Source: Heptranchias perlo
Taxonomy: Eukaryota
NCBI RefSeq assembly: GCF_035084215.1
Contig: NC_090350.1
Location: forward strand, 35,836,001 to 35,900,000
Direction: 5' to 3'
DNA length: 64,000 bases
The notes beneath the pieces are model-generated. The model saw nothing but the letters and a program-made list of their open reading frames with translations. It had not been told where the DNA came from and ran no database searches. Of the stretch, positions 11,565-23,460 are shown piece after piece. The number at the start of each line of letters is the position of its first letter. The stretch's first letter is position 1. A program made the translations under genes and the position numbers.

Positions 11565-13170
11565 GCAACTGGAAAGGAACAAGAAGCTGAGCAACTGCAA
11601 CAGACGACTTGCACCCCGTTTGAGGATGGACCACTACTTTTGTTCATAGTGATTCTTGTTTTAACCCAGGACAAACCAGTAAGGACTGTGGGCAGTCGAA
11701 CTATGTGAGCGATCTATCCGCTTGTTAATGTCAGACATTAACTTAAAAAAAACACACACACATGTTGCAGGAACTCGAGGGTTAAATTACCACCCTTTTT
11801 TTTTTAAAAAAACAAAAATTCTATCCACGCATCAAATGTTTGAAATGGATGTTTGAAGGAAGAGAACATCCTTCGCTGAACTATGGTCAAGCCAGTTTCT
11901 GCTCCATGTTAAATGCACTGAAACCTCTGCTGGTATTACTATGGAGGCTTTGTGCAAAAACATTCTTTGGAAACTTTACTGATAAAATGTTCCTGAATAT
12001 CCATACTTCAGCATTGTCTACAGACCAACCCGGATCCAGCAGTGTGTTAATACTGGGAAGCTCGGCTGCAGAAATGCATTGGAGATTTATTTGACATGAA
12101 GCGTAAAGGAGCAGTTCTATCTACTTTTTTTTAAAATGGGCCTTCATTTCAGTTGGGGGTCTTTTTAATTGTAATTTTCTGTAGTTTTTTTAATAAACAC
12201 CGTTCTCGGGTTGTACACCAATTCCGAACGTTCCCATGGTGATAAAGTGCCACTCAGCCCCAGGTAGAGCCTCAAACACAGCAGTGAATCTTTCCAGATT
12301 AACACTATTTCATGTACTGGAGGAGGGAGATAATATGCTGATATTGATATTACATAGTCTTTCTCTTCCTCTGTCCCCCAAAATGAAATTGCTCCTTTCT
12401 ATTTTTCTTTTGTCAGCGACAGAATCACTATATTAGCGATTTTCTGTTGTTAGCAGCTCCACTCGGATTGTTCTTTGGGCATATTTTTACTATATTATAA
12501 GTGGACTTTGCTATTTTCCTTTTTTTTTAGTCAAACACAACCCCTAGAAAATACCTGGTTTGAGCAATTTGGATATCTGAGCTGCTGGTAATGTGTATTA
12601 GTTCATCTCTGAATGAATAAAGAGACGTAGAAAAAATATAGTTGGCTGGGCCTACTGCTGTTTATGTTTGAAATATTTATAAACTATATTTATTCCTAAT
12701 GCAAATGCAAATGGAGTTTGTTGAAAATTAATTCCCCATCTGTCCAATCCAGTGTATTTTCCATGCATTTTACATTTTTGCTTCGATGATCCATTGTTCG
12801 TATATCGTTTCAAATTAAATGCAGCAAAAGTTGAGGATACATCAAGCGGATGTTGAATATTAAATGAGAAGTTGGGAGTGTAACCCTCTTTGAATATCTT
12901 CATGTTACACCTGAAATGAGCGGTTTGCATTCAGCAGTTTGAGTTCATTTGGGCCAAATTGCAATGGTTGCAGACACCTCTTGTCTTCTCCTGTCATCTT
13001 TAATAGTAGCTGACCACAGTCTGCCCCCCTCCTAATTGTGAAGACCATTTTACTTATGTTCATTTAAAAAACAGACCACTTTTTTATAGATGGTAAAAAT
13101 AATTTGAGTGCGATATAAACACTTGGTATCATGACATTTTGGAAATAAATCACTTTAATGCACCTGGCAT
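11565..13170 (+). other. EYA3: EYA3 3' UTR with candidate poly(A) signals
   Basis: Repeat-free AT-rich stretch after the stop; AATAAA at 12192, 12616 and 13144; the true end cannot be determined. Confidence 0.55.
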
Positions 13171-13789
13171 AATTCACTCAAGCCTGATGAGTTAATATGG
13201 CACCATTTTGTTTTGTAAACTACCATGTGCTGTTATGTATTCTTTCTACAGTACCTTACCTAAAAAATGGCACAGGTTATACAGACACAATTGCTGAGTG
13301 AGTTGCTATCTTTTAGCTTGCATTGTGACTTGTCGTTTTGAGTGTCCCTGTAGTCTACTGTCCTGATATAAAACATGGAAGTTAATATGATTGGGTAAAA
13401 TTGAGTTAAGTTTGGTATGTTTAAAAAATATATATATTTATTATCTGCTTTGTACTATATTGGGCCGCTGTGTAGTCAATAAGATGGGCTATAATTTTAG
13501 TAACTAACAGTAGTAATCTTCCTAACTATTGGAGTAAGAAAGATGTTAACTAAAGTGCTTTATCTTTTAATTATAGAATACTATTTTGACTGGCTGGTTC
13601 AAGGCCACCTTATTTGATTGACAGCCTTGTATTAGTCATCTTACAATATGGAAGTTTAACTTAACACTAAAAGAATACAGATGCTTTACTGTCCTATCCG
13701 GTCATTCCCCCTAGTACGGCTCCCATCTTTACTCCTTCAAGTCTGCGCCCCTTGGGCTTGAGCATATCTGGGGCACAACTGGTTTAGCT

Positions 13790-15245
13790 GTTCGTCGTCC
13801 GATCTGACTGGACCGCATCAAATGCTTTTGGGCCTCATTCTCTTCTGTCAAAACTGCCCAGTACTCTAGAATGGTTTTTCTCCAATACCAACCATCTCCT
13901 TGAACCCCCTCTCCTGAGCCCACTGCACCCTTGCCTCCATCAAGTGCAAGGCACTTATGAACTTTGTCACGAAGATTGTGACCATCCATTTACCTGCCTT
14001 TGCTGCTTTCTTGAATGTCTTGTCGCCCCCAAATCTTTGCCCATTTTTCTCGCAACTCAATGTTTGAATGTCTCCAATCAGGTTTTCGTTTCTGCCACAG
14101 CACTGAAATGGCTGTAATTGAAGACACAAATTACATTCCCTGTGACTGGTGCATTTTCCTTCCTCTGCATCTCTGACATGGTCAGCCACACCATCCTCCA
14201 ATGCTTCTTCTCTGTTTTCCAGCTCAATGGAACTGTTCTCATTTGGTTCCACTCGTACTCATTTAATTGTAGTCAGAGCATCTCCAGCAATGTCTCCTCT
14301 TTCTGCCTCCGCACCATTATCTCTAGAATCCTCCAAGGATCTATCCTTGGTCCCCTCACCTTCCTCATCTGCATGCTGCGCATTGGTGATGTCTTCCAAA
14401 GACATAGGGTCAGATTCCACATGTACTCTCTCGAATCCAGCTCTACCTTTCCACCACCTCTTGATCCTCCACTGCCTTTGTGTTGTCAGTCTGCTTGTCC
14501 AACATTCAGTCTTGGATGAGCTGCAGTTTCCTCCAGTTAAACATTGGGAAGACCAAAGCTATCATCATCGGCTCCCACAGCAACTCTGTACCTTTGTTAC
14601 CAATTCCATCTCCCTCCCTGGCCACTGTCCTAGATTGAACCAGTTTGTTCGCAACCTCGGAGTGTTATTCATCCCCAAGCTGAGCTTTCAACCTCATATC
14701 CAACTCGATCATTTCAGTGCTCACCATCAACTTCAGCTCATTCAAAACTGCTGCTTGTATCCTATCCCGCACCAAGTCCTGCTCCCCTATTGCCCTGTCT
14801 TGCTGAACTACATTGGCTCTTGGTCTCCCAATGCCTCCAATTTAAAATTCTCAACCTTGTGTTTAAATCCCTTCCGGGCCTTACCGCTCCCTATCTCTGT
14901 AACCTCTACAACCTGCCTAGAACAATCAGTTCCTCTGACTGGCCATTTATGCATCCTGTCACCCTTCACCCCACTACTGGCACCTATGCTTCAGCATTCC
15001 ACACCCCATGCTCTGAAATTCCCTCCCTAAACCTTTCAGCCTCTCCAGCTCCCTCTGCTTGATTAAGACCCTCCTTAAAACCCACCTCTGATGAAGATGT
15101 CACCCTCCTAATAGCTCCTCCTAAGATGACACCCTCCTAATAGCTCCTCCTTTGACTTGGTGTCCATTTTTGTCTCATGCCTATGTGAAGTGCCTTGAGA
15201 TGGTTTTTGATATTAAAGGTGCTATACAAATGCAGGTTGTTCTTC
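13790..15245 (+). mobile_element. L2-clade LINE, degenerate 3' fragment
   Basis: Remnant RT motifs (LQGSILGPL, VRNLGVLF, LHWL...FKI); L2-type tail gtgaagtgccttg...aaaggtgctatacaaatgcaggttgtt; 29-bp tandem duplication at 15094-15151. Confidence 0.85.
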
Positions 15246-15630
15246 AATTTGAAGATGCATAAGTATGAGGCAACATATTGGAAATTCAATTTGTAACTGT
15301 CTTTTGTGTTCCATGTAATATGGTCTGTTTGCTGGATGAATCACTGGATGCCTGCCACTTTAAAAGCTTTTTCAGTGGAACGATGCCTTTTAAAGGCATA
15401 AAGCGATCTGAACAAGCAGTTTGACACATTAGTAGGTTGAAGGTATAGCCATCATTGTAATTGTTTCAGCCTCTGCTCATGGCACGTCAGTAGGCAGGAA
15501 AGAAAGAACTTGCATTTATATAGCATTTCGAATTCACCTGTACATGACCATGATATTTCTATTCCAGATACATACCATAAAGTCAGTCAGATTTTGGGTT
15601 TCCTGATTCACCCTTGTTCTGCTGCTTGAT

Positions 15631-15952
15631 GTCAGCCTTGGTTCAGTGGTAACACTCCCGCCCAAGTCAGAAGGTTGTAGTTTCAAGCCCAACTCCAAAT
15701 TTCAGCACGCAATCTAGTCTGACACTTCAGTGCAGTACTAAGGCAGTGCTGCACTGTCGGAGGTGCCATATTTTGGATGAGATGCTAAACTGAGGCTTGT
15801 TTGCCTCGTCAGATGGACGTAAAAGATCACTGCGCTATTCCAAGAAGAGCATGGGAGTTCTACTGGTGCCCTAGCCAACATTTATCCCTTGATCAACACC
15901 ACTTTTTTTAAAAAAAACATTAACTAGCCATTTATCTCAATTTTGTTTATGG
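15631..15952 (+). mobile_element. DeuSINE-family (SacSINE1/AmnSINE1-like) 5' part with tRNA head
   Basis: A box tggttcagtgg, B box gtttcaagcc, then Deu-domain-like gatggacgtaaaagatc...aagaagagcatgggagttc. Confidence 0.75.
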
Positions 15953-16853
15953 ACGGTGATGGAGAGTCTTCTGGAACTGCTGCAGTCCATGTGGTGAAGG
16001 TAATCCCTCAATACTGTTGGGTCGGGAGTTCCAGGATTTTTGACTCAATGAAAATTAAGCAATGCCAATATACAAGATAAAAACAGAAAATGCTGGAGAA
16101 GCTCAGCAAGTCAGGCTGCATCTGTGGAGAAAGAAACAGTTAACATTTCAGGTCAAAGACCTTTTGGCAATATGTGTCCAGTCAGGATGGTCTGTGACTT
16201 CGAGTTGAGGATGGTGTTCCCATGCACCTGCTGTCTTTGTCGTTCTAGGTGGTAGAGGTCGTGGGTTTGGGAGGTGGTGTCAAAGAAGCCTTGGTGAGTT
16301 GCTGCAGTGCATCCTGTGGATAGTACACACTGCAGCCACGGTGCGCCGTTGGTGGATGGGCTGTCGATCAAGTGGACTGCTTTGTCCAGGATGGTGTTGA
16401 GCTTCGATTGTTGTTGCAGCTGCACCCATCCAGGCAAGTGGAGTGTTCCATCATACTCCTGAATTGTGCTTGTAGGTGGTGGAGAGGCTGTGGGGAGTCA
16501 GGAGGTGAGCCACTCGCCTCACAATACCCAGCCTCTAACCTGCTGTAGTAGCCATGGCATTTATATGGCAGGTCCAATTGTGTTTTTTGTCAATGGTGAC
16601 CCCCAGGATGTTGATGGGAGATTTGGTGAAGGTAATGCCAATGAATGTCAAAAATAGGTGCTTAGACACTCTCTTGTTGGAGATTGTCATTGCCTGGCAC
16701 TTGTCTGGCGCGAATGTTACTTGCTACTTATCAGCCCAAACCTGGATGTTGTCCAGGTCTTGCTGCATACGGGCATGGACTGCTTTATTCTGAGGAATTG
16801 CGAATGGAGCTGAACATTGCAATAGTCAGTGAACAGCCCCACTTCTGACCTTG
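15953..16853 (-). mobile_element. CR1-related LINE fragment of the same family as 33880-36205
   Basis: Reverse complement aligns by eye to 35290-36110 (KLNTILDKAVHLI, caagacctggacaacatccagg); interrupted by a Penelope-like insert. Confidence 0.85.
16071..16165 (-). mobile_element. Penelope-like repeat fragment with a truncated hammerhead
   Basis: Reverse complement aaaaggtctttgacctgaaatgttaactgtttctttctccacagatgcagcctgacttgctgagc matches 761-850; flanked by caatat direct repeats (possible TSD). Confidence 0.7.
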
Positions 16854-17152
16854 TGGCCTGCTACCAAATGCACCTGTCCTCTTGGATGGGATCGACCAGG
16901 CTACAACCAGTATCATTGTTCAGTTAAATCACCAAGCTTCAGTGATACAAGAAGGAATTTTCCAAGGCAGGTTTCCCTTACTCTTCTGCCTGTATCAGTC
17001 AACTAATGACAACAAACTTGCTCCCAGTCAGATGTGCTCTCTGTTGTTTTGACTTAATCTGATGGTAGCACAGTAGAAGTTTCCAAAGAAAATCAAAACG
17101 TTTTATTTCTTTAATACAAGAATTACAAGTTTTTCTTTTAATCCGGTCCGAG

Positions 17153-17556
17153 ATCATCTCTATTTTAAAATTGTCATCCTTCTTTTCAAATCCCTCCATG
17201 GCCTCGTCTCTCCCTATCTTTATAACCTCCTCCAGCCCTACAACCCTCCAAGATCTCTGCGCTCCTCCAATTCTTGCCTCTTGCAAAACCCCGATTTTGA
17301 TTGCTCTGCCATTGGCGTCCGTGCCTTCAGCTGCCTAGGCCCTAAGCTCTGGAATTCCCTCCCTAAACCCCTCCGCCTCGCTACCTCTCTCACCTTTTAA
17401 GACGCTCCTTAAAACCTACCTCTTTGACCAAGCTTTTGTTCACTGTCCTAATACCTCCTTATGTGGCTCGGTGTCAAATTTTGTTTGATAATGCTTGTGT
17501 GAAGCGCCTTGGGACTTTTTACTACGTTAAAGGCGCTACATAAATGCAAGTTGCTA
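17153..17556 (+). mobile_element. L2-clade LINE 3' end
   Basis: ctcctccagccctacaaccctcc...gtgaagcgccttgggacttttt...aaaggcgctacataaatgcaagttg; near-identical to 19073-19392 and 31500-31858. Confidence 0.88.
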
Positions 17557-19072
17557 TTAATGTCATTGGTACATCTGCAGAATGGAAAAACTGCTTATGC
17601 AGATCTGCAATTGGCAGTCTTTGGATACTATCAAAAAATTAACTCTAGCTACTAGCAAGTCCGTGTGTGTGTGTATATACAATATAGTGTATACATGTAT
17701 AATCTAGAAATGAATGATTTGCGATGTGAAAACTAAGGCATCCTTTTTAGTTTTCACATTGTAAATTATTGTGTGGTTCCATTGCTAAGGCCAAATCAGA
17801 AAATTGAATTTTTAGTGTGTTCGGGTTAAAAACAAAACAGAAGAATATGATTTTTTTTTCACCAGTCCTGACAGTTTAGTTCCACAGTAGTGAGATTGGA
17901 CTGTGCTGTTGTATATAATTGTTCCTTTCGCATTCCACCTCCAGCCATTCTCCACCTCATTTTTCACAATGGTATCAGATTGAGAGGTTGGTGGCTCGAT
18001 TTCTTTCTTTCTTTCTAGAATAACAGAGGGAAAAAATCTCAAAGGTCCACAGGGTTAAAATAAGGACAAAGAAATCTTGATTTTAAAAAATTGAAATTGT
18101 AGTGCATCTTTTAAATGTACTCACCTGAAACCTTTCCAGTGTGAATCCAGTGGAAAGGAATCCCAACTGGAGATATGAAAAATATAAAAATGTCTTTCTC
18201 TTTTGGCTGTTGGAAAACCCGCCGTGTATTTCCATCATTCAGTTTCTTTCTCTTTATATTTCCAGCATTGTAAGTAATTTGTTGTGAACAGGTTTTAAAT
18301 AAATAACTTTTATTACATTATATACCCAGCATAAAAGTGCAATGCGGTAACATCCTACCCGAAGGCACCCAGTCTTTTACAATGAATAGTGCAATTGCTA
18401 CTGGGACTTTGCCCAATAAAGCTGATGCAACCCGACAAAACCTTCAGTCAGTCTTTATACAACTGCAGCTGACCCAGAAGACTCAGTTAATGCATCTTGT
18501 CTAGGAACCGTTTAGAGATCACAGTATGGCAAGTACTGAAACAATACTAAAAATTGAAGTGTAATACAGTTTTTCCATTTTATTTCCTATTAACATTTTT
18601 AAAACAAATGGTTTGGCAACTTTTAAGTATGCAAAATTTTCAGTGAACTTTTAGAATTATTCAATTCTGCTAGGGGTAAGTGTTTATTTCTTCTTAATTC
18701 GGCAAAAAAAAATTTTCACAATGTGGTCTTTTCTTGCACCGTCCTTTCATTTGAAACTTTGGGGCTGAAGTTCTTGTGTTCAGTAAATTTAGTGAAAGTG
18801 CAGAGGTGAACAGTGATGAAACATTGGGAGAAAGGGCCAACAGACAATTAATGACACATCCGTGCAGCATCCTGTACTTGCACTTGCATTGTAAAATTGA
18901 GTGTTTTGCACCAGGTCACACCCAGCTTTTAGTGAACTCAACAAAGGGGAAAATGTCAACAATCATGAGTCTGAGGTAAATAGTGCACAGGACTTTCCTG
19001 CTCAAGGGCACCAGTGTAGTGGCCATTGGTCGGTATACTGCAGTGATGGAGACGGAGAGGGTGGGAGCTATA

Positions 19073-19392
19073 TGACTCCTCCAGCCCTACAACCCTCCGA
19101 GATCTCTGCGCTCCTCCAGTCCTGGTCTCTTGCACGCCCCCGATTTTCATTGCTCCACCATTGGCGGCCGTGCCTTCAACTGCCTAGGTCCTAAGCTCTG
19201 GAATTCCCTCCTTAAAATGTCTCTGCCTCTCTCCTCCTTTTAAGATGCTCCTCAAAACCTACCTATTTGACCAAGCTTTTGTCCTAATATCTCGTGTGGC
19301 TCATTGTCAAATGTTTGATAACACTTCTGTGAAGCGCCTTGGGACGTTTTACTCCGTTGAAGGCGCTACATAAATGCAAGTTATTGTTGTTG
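19073..19392 (+). mobile_element. L2-clade LINE 3' end
   Basis: Same 3' UTR as 17153-17556, ending in a (ttg)n tail. Confidence 0.88.
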
Positions 19393-19409
19393 ACTCTCAG
19401 CAGGCACTA

Positions 19410-19815
19410 CCCCAGGTAGCAGCTATAGTGCACCTGGGAATGGTGGAGGAGCAATGCAGGTGGAAGCTAATGCATGACATGGAGGCCATGACTGAGATAT
19501 GCCACCTGGTGCATGAAGACCTGTAGGGACAGGCAATCATCTGCAATATATCACCAGAGGCTGAAAAGGCAGCACTCAATTTTTATACTATGGGGATCAC
19601 AAGATTGGGTTTTAGCCACTTTGTCACATCTTACTCCATTAAGTAGATACATATTGCCTCGTGTGTCGCTTTGTAGATCTTAGCAAGAACGAGCTGCAGG
19701 TCAGCTGCTGCAGACAGGAAGAATGTCTCAATATCTAGACGAGAGAAGCATTATGTTCCGCACAAACGAAGAATGACTGACTGCCTGATACTAAAGGTGA
19801 ATTTATTTTATGAAA
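19410..19815 (+). pseudogene. Fossil Harbinger (HARBI1-like) transposase N-terminal fragment
   Basis: Manual translation from 19440: MVEEQCRWKLMHDMEAMTEICHLVHEDL*GQAIICNISPEAEKAALNFYTMG, resembling the HARBI1-like EEQC..L....E..TEIC.L...DL...K..AALNFY..G pattern. Confidence 0.6.
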
Positions 19816-20984
19816 TTGTGCAATGTCAGTGGATATGTCTTTTCAGCGTCATAACACTAGTGTTTTCCTCTTCTATCGCAAACTTCTCTGTTGGTTTTGG
19901 ATGTGTTGTACTGCTGTCCTCTCCTAATTGAATGAGGAGCACTGGAGGATAACTGCAATGGACACAGAAGGCCCTCTATTTATTTCTGTGACTAATGCTG
20001 ATGGACCAGCATCAATGGCAGGGGTCATTGTTGCTACACAGTTGTTACTGTGAGCTTAGTGTTGTCAGAGCCTGTGCATGTTGATACTTGCGTAGGCTAT
20101 GATATGACACATACTGCTGCTGACCAGTGTGCCAACTAGTTGCTTGTGTGCAATTTCACAGATGGCATCATGATGCCCACTTATGTGTGATTGTTTCTAT
20201 GATTATCGCTTCTCTGAACAATACTACATTTTCCTCCTCTACCTCCTCGGTGTTGAAATTGAGAAATGGTTTCCTACTTGAACTCATACTTTCCCAAAAA
20301 CTCTCACCTGAGCAAACCATCTTCGTCTCAAGACTTTGCTCCTTTCTCCAACATTCAAGCTTTTAAAAGCCAAGTAGATCTCCAATTCACTGCATTCAAA
20401 TCTACCTTGTCCCTTGTCTTCACTTTTAATATTATAATGCTTATTGTGTCCTGCATGATTGGCCTTGGTGCTTTATCTTGGTGACTTATTTTTAAAAAAA
20501 TGTCTCATTAGCTGCTTGAGTAGCGTTAAAAAAAACATTACCGTAGGTACATGAAGATTGGCTGCAACTTTTTCATCAGTGCTAATGAATCTGCATTCTT
20601 ACAAATCACAAGTTTGAAAGCAAGTGTTCTGACGACTTCATGGTTTTCTGAAAATGCTTTTCTCTATTTATTGTTTACAAGAACAGTTTCCCCCTCTGCC
20701 TTTGTTTTTCTGAGTCCCAAATGAAGCTCTGTTGCTGTCAGGAGATGACTTCACTCTTGAATGGTGACTGAAAAATAATTACTTTGGTGTCCAGTAGCAT
20801 GTTACAATTTGTGCATATGCCATGCTACTAATCTTATGCCAATTCCTATTAATATTCAATAGTGAATACATTAATCTCTTCATAGTCTCCCAATTATGAG
20901 GTACAAATTAGGTGGCTGCTTGCACACAATAATAGCAAAAAGTCACATTTATTTATTAAAGCTGATATGCTTTTCTCGCAGATG

Positions 20985-21250
20985 GTGTGTAGTTTGATCC
21001 TCATTAATGTGAGCCTGGACAATGAATGCCACACGGCTATTCAACTGCAAGTGTAATTCCAGCTGAACCCAATACTCTCCCCACTTGATATCTATACATG
21101 TGCACATTCTGGGTTCGCTGGATGAATCTGAAGCAGGAATCGTGGCTTGCTGTTCTCTCTTCATCCCAAGAGTGCTGAGGCTAGTTGTAGCACCAACCCA
21201 CCTGCGATCAGAGGACTCGGCACCCTCCTGAACTGTGTGGAGATATCGAT
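20985..21250 (-). mobile_element. Ancient tRNA-derived SINE (AmnSINE2/MamSINE1-like), degenerate
   Basis: Reverse complement shares gaatagccgtg...gtccaggctcaca and cctgcttcaga motifs with the copies at 46630 and 57030. Confidence 0.45.
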
Positions 21251-22067
21251 CCAGCTTCTGAATCTCCCCTTCTAAAACTAAACTAACGTAACTAATGCTA
21301 TGATTCAAACAGCATCACAATAGCCATCATAACTACCAGTGGCATCTGGCTGCTGTGTTAATTGGATGGCTTATACATTTAAAGAATAAATACAACTTTT
21401 GAAATTTAGTTGCTAAATTTCAAATACATATACATATAATTTATTTATAAAAATAAGAACAGCTGATCCTGCTGAAACATTAAGTACGGGATGAGAAGCT
21501 GTTTAATGAAGCAGACTTCAGAGGCATCCAGCACATTCACGGGCTGCACAGACTAAAACCCAGTACGCATTTATGCTTCATGAATCTCAAATTGTCAGCT
21601 ATTCAAACTAACTAAATCAGAACCACATTTCTGTGGTCCAGTTAATGCTAATACTTAATTTTCTGAGTGAAAAGTAGTGAGGGTCTCCATTAATTTAAAC
21701 TACTGTATCTATAGAACGTTTCAATTTCAGTATTTGTGCTTCTAATGGCAAATACACTGGTCGTCAAATATCTGAACACATGGAGTCACTATAAATGGAT
21801 TCAGTGGCCTTGGTGAGAGAAAGGGGCGATTTCCTCTGCATGCAGTATGTAGCAAAATCATAAATGCATTCTTTAGAAATGAGAGTATCACTTGCCACAG
21901 CATACATAAAGGAAATATTCCCCACTCCATTTACCACTGTATTTGCACATAATCTGTTAACATGACCCTGAATGAATATCATAACATTTTACTGTTCATA
22001 TGTAAACTGGCTATTCATTTGTTCAGTCATTGCAAAACATTTGTCACATTCTCCAAATTAGATGATC

Positions 22068-22245
22068 ACACCTCCCAGACCTGTGACCTCTACCACCTAG
22101 AAGGACAAGGGCAGCTGGCACATGGGAACAGTACCACCTGCATGTTCCCCTCCAAGTCACACACCATCCTGACTTGCAAATATATCGCCGTTCCTTCATC
22201 GTCGCTGGGTCAAAATCCTGGAACTCCCTTCCTAACAGCACTGTA
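22068..22245 (+). mobile_element. Short fragment of the 33880-36205 LINE family
   Basis: cacctcccagacctgtgacctctaccacctagaaggac...gggtcaaaatcctggaactcc is near-identical to 35900-36075. Confidence 0.85.
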
Positions 22246-23224
22246 CCTCACTCAAGTCGCTGTTCTGCTTGTGCATGTCTTGATTGCGACTATTGGCAGG
22301 CTATCCGACTATGGAGGACATCACAGTCCAGCCTGATCTCTTCCTCATCTGTCGGGGCACTGCCAGAAACCCCCATCCAATTTTCCCACTCCAAGCCCAG
22401 AGTGCTGCAGCTACTTGTGGTGCTATCCTGTTTTCCTGGCTGAGATCAGCTAACTCAGCACAAACCAGGGATTGAGACTTGTACCTTTCCACCCTGTAGC
22501 GGAGAGATGATGATTTTTGCTCTGATCCATCAAGGGAGCCCCACTGAATAATACATTCCAATTTAGTTGCCTAATTTTGTAACTGATTATACAGTACCAG
22601 CTCTGCATCAGTAACTTGAAATGTGTACATCTCTCTTGGGGGCATCATGACAGATTTAAGGATGACATTTTAAAATTGTTTTTGCTGAACTCTTAAAGTT
22701 TATAGCTGACTGTACTATGCTAATTTTTTAGTTCGTGACAAAATACAATCTTCTAACTTTCTTACTGTTGTACATGCTTATAATAAAAAGAGAAATACAC
22801 AACAGCTCAATCAGTGTCTGAGAGAAAAATTGTTCCCATCTGGAACATTAAGCATTTGTCATAATGAGCTCTAATGGAAGGTTACACTCAAAACGTTAAC
22901 CTGTCTTTTTCTTAGTTGCTGACTGACCTCTGTATTTCTAACATGTTCTATTTTTATTTCATATTTCAATCTCTAGAATTGCTATCATTGCCTACCTAAA
23001 ATGGAAGGGGCATGTCTATTGGGAAGTACTTTAAATCTCAGAGATGTGGCTGATGAAAAGTCTCTTAAATATTAGCAGTAATGCCCCCTGTGGGCATTGC
23101 CATGCGCCCTCAAGACTCGGTGAAACATCAGGCCTTGCACACCCTGTCATGCTCAGCTGACATCAGCCGCTCTGCCGCTCAGTCTCCTCTGATTTTTTTT
23201 TGTTAAAGAAGGAATATAGTTTCT

Positions 23225-23460
23225 CTCTCAATTTTCTCCTGTTTCTATCCTGGAGGCAACAACCAGCCTAACCCTGTCCAACATCCATCCATACATTTTC
23301 CAGCAGCGATCACTGGCTAACAATTGAGAGTGAGAGCCCTGGCTGATTAGTATGTTTTTCCCATCTGCTTGGCCCAGAGTTACTGAGGCCAATTTGTGTG
23401 CTTTTCCAACTGAGCTCAGCTAACTCAGCACCAACTAGGGATCGAACCTGGGAACTTTGA
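23225..23460 (-). mobile_element. tRNA-derived SINE (AmnSINE2/MamSINE1-like)
   Basis: Reverse complement has B box ggttcgatccc then gtgctgagttagctgagctcag...attggcctcag...aatcagccaggg; related copies at 22255-22490 and 30235-30600. Confidence 0.55.
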
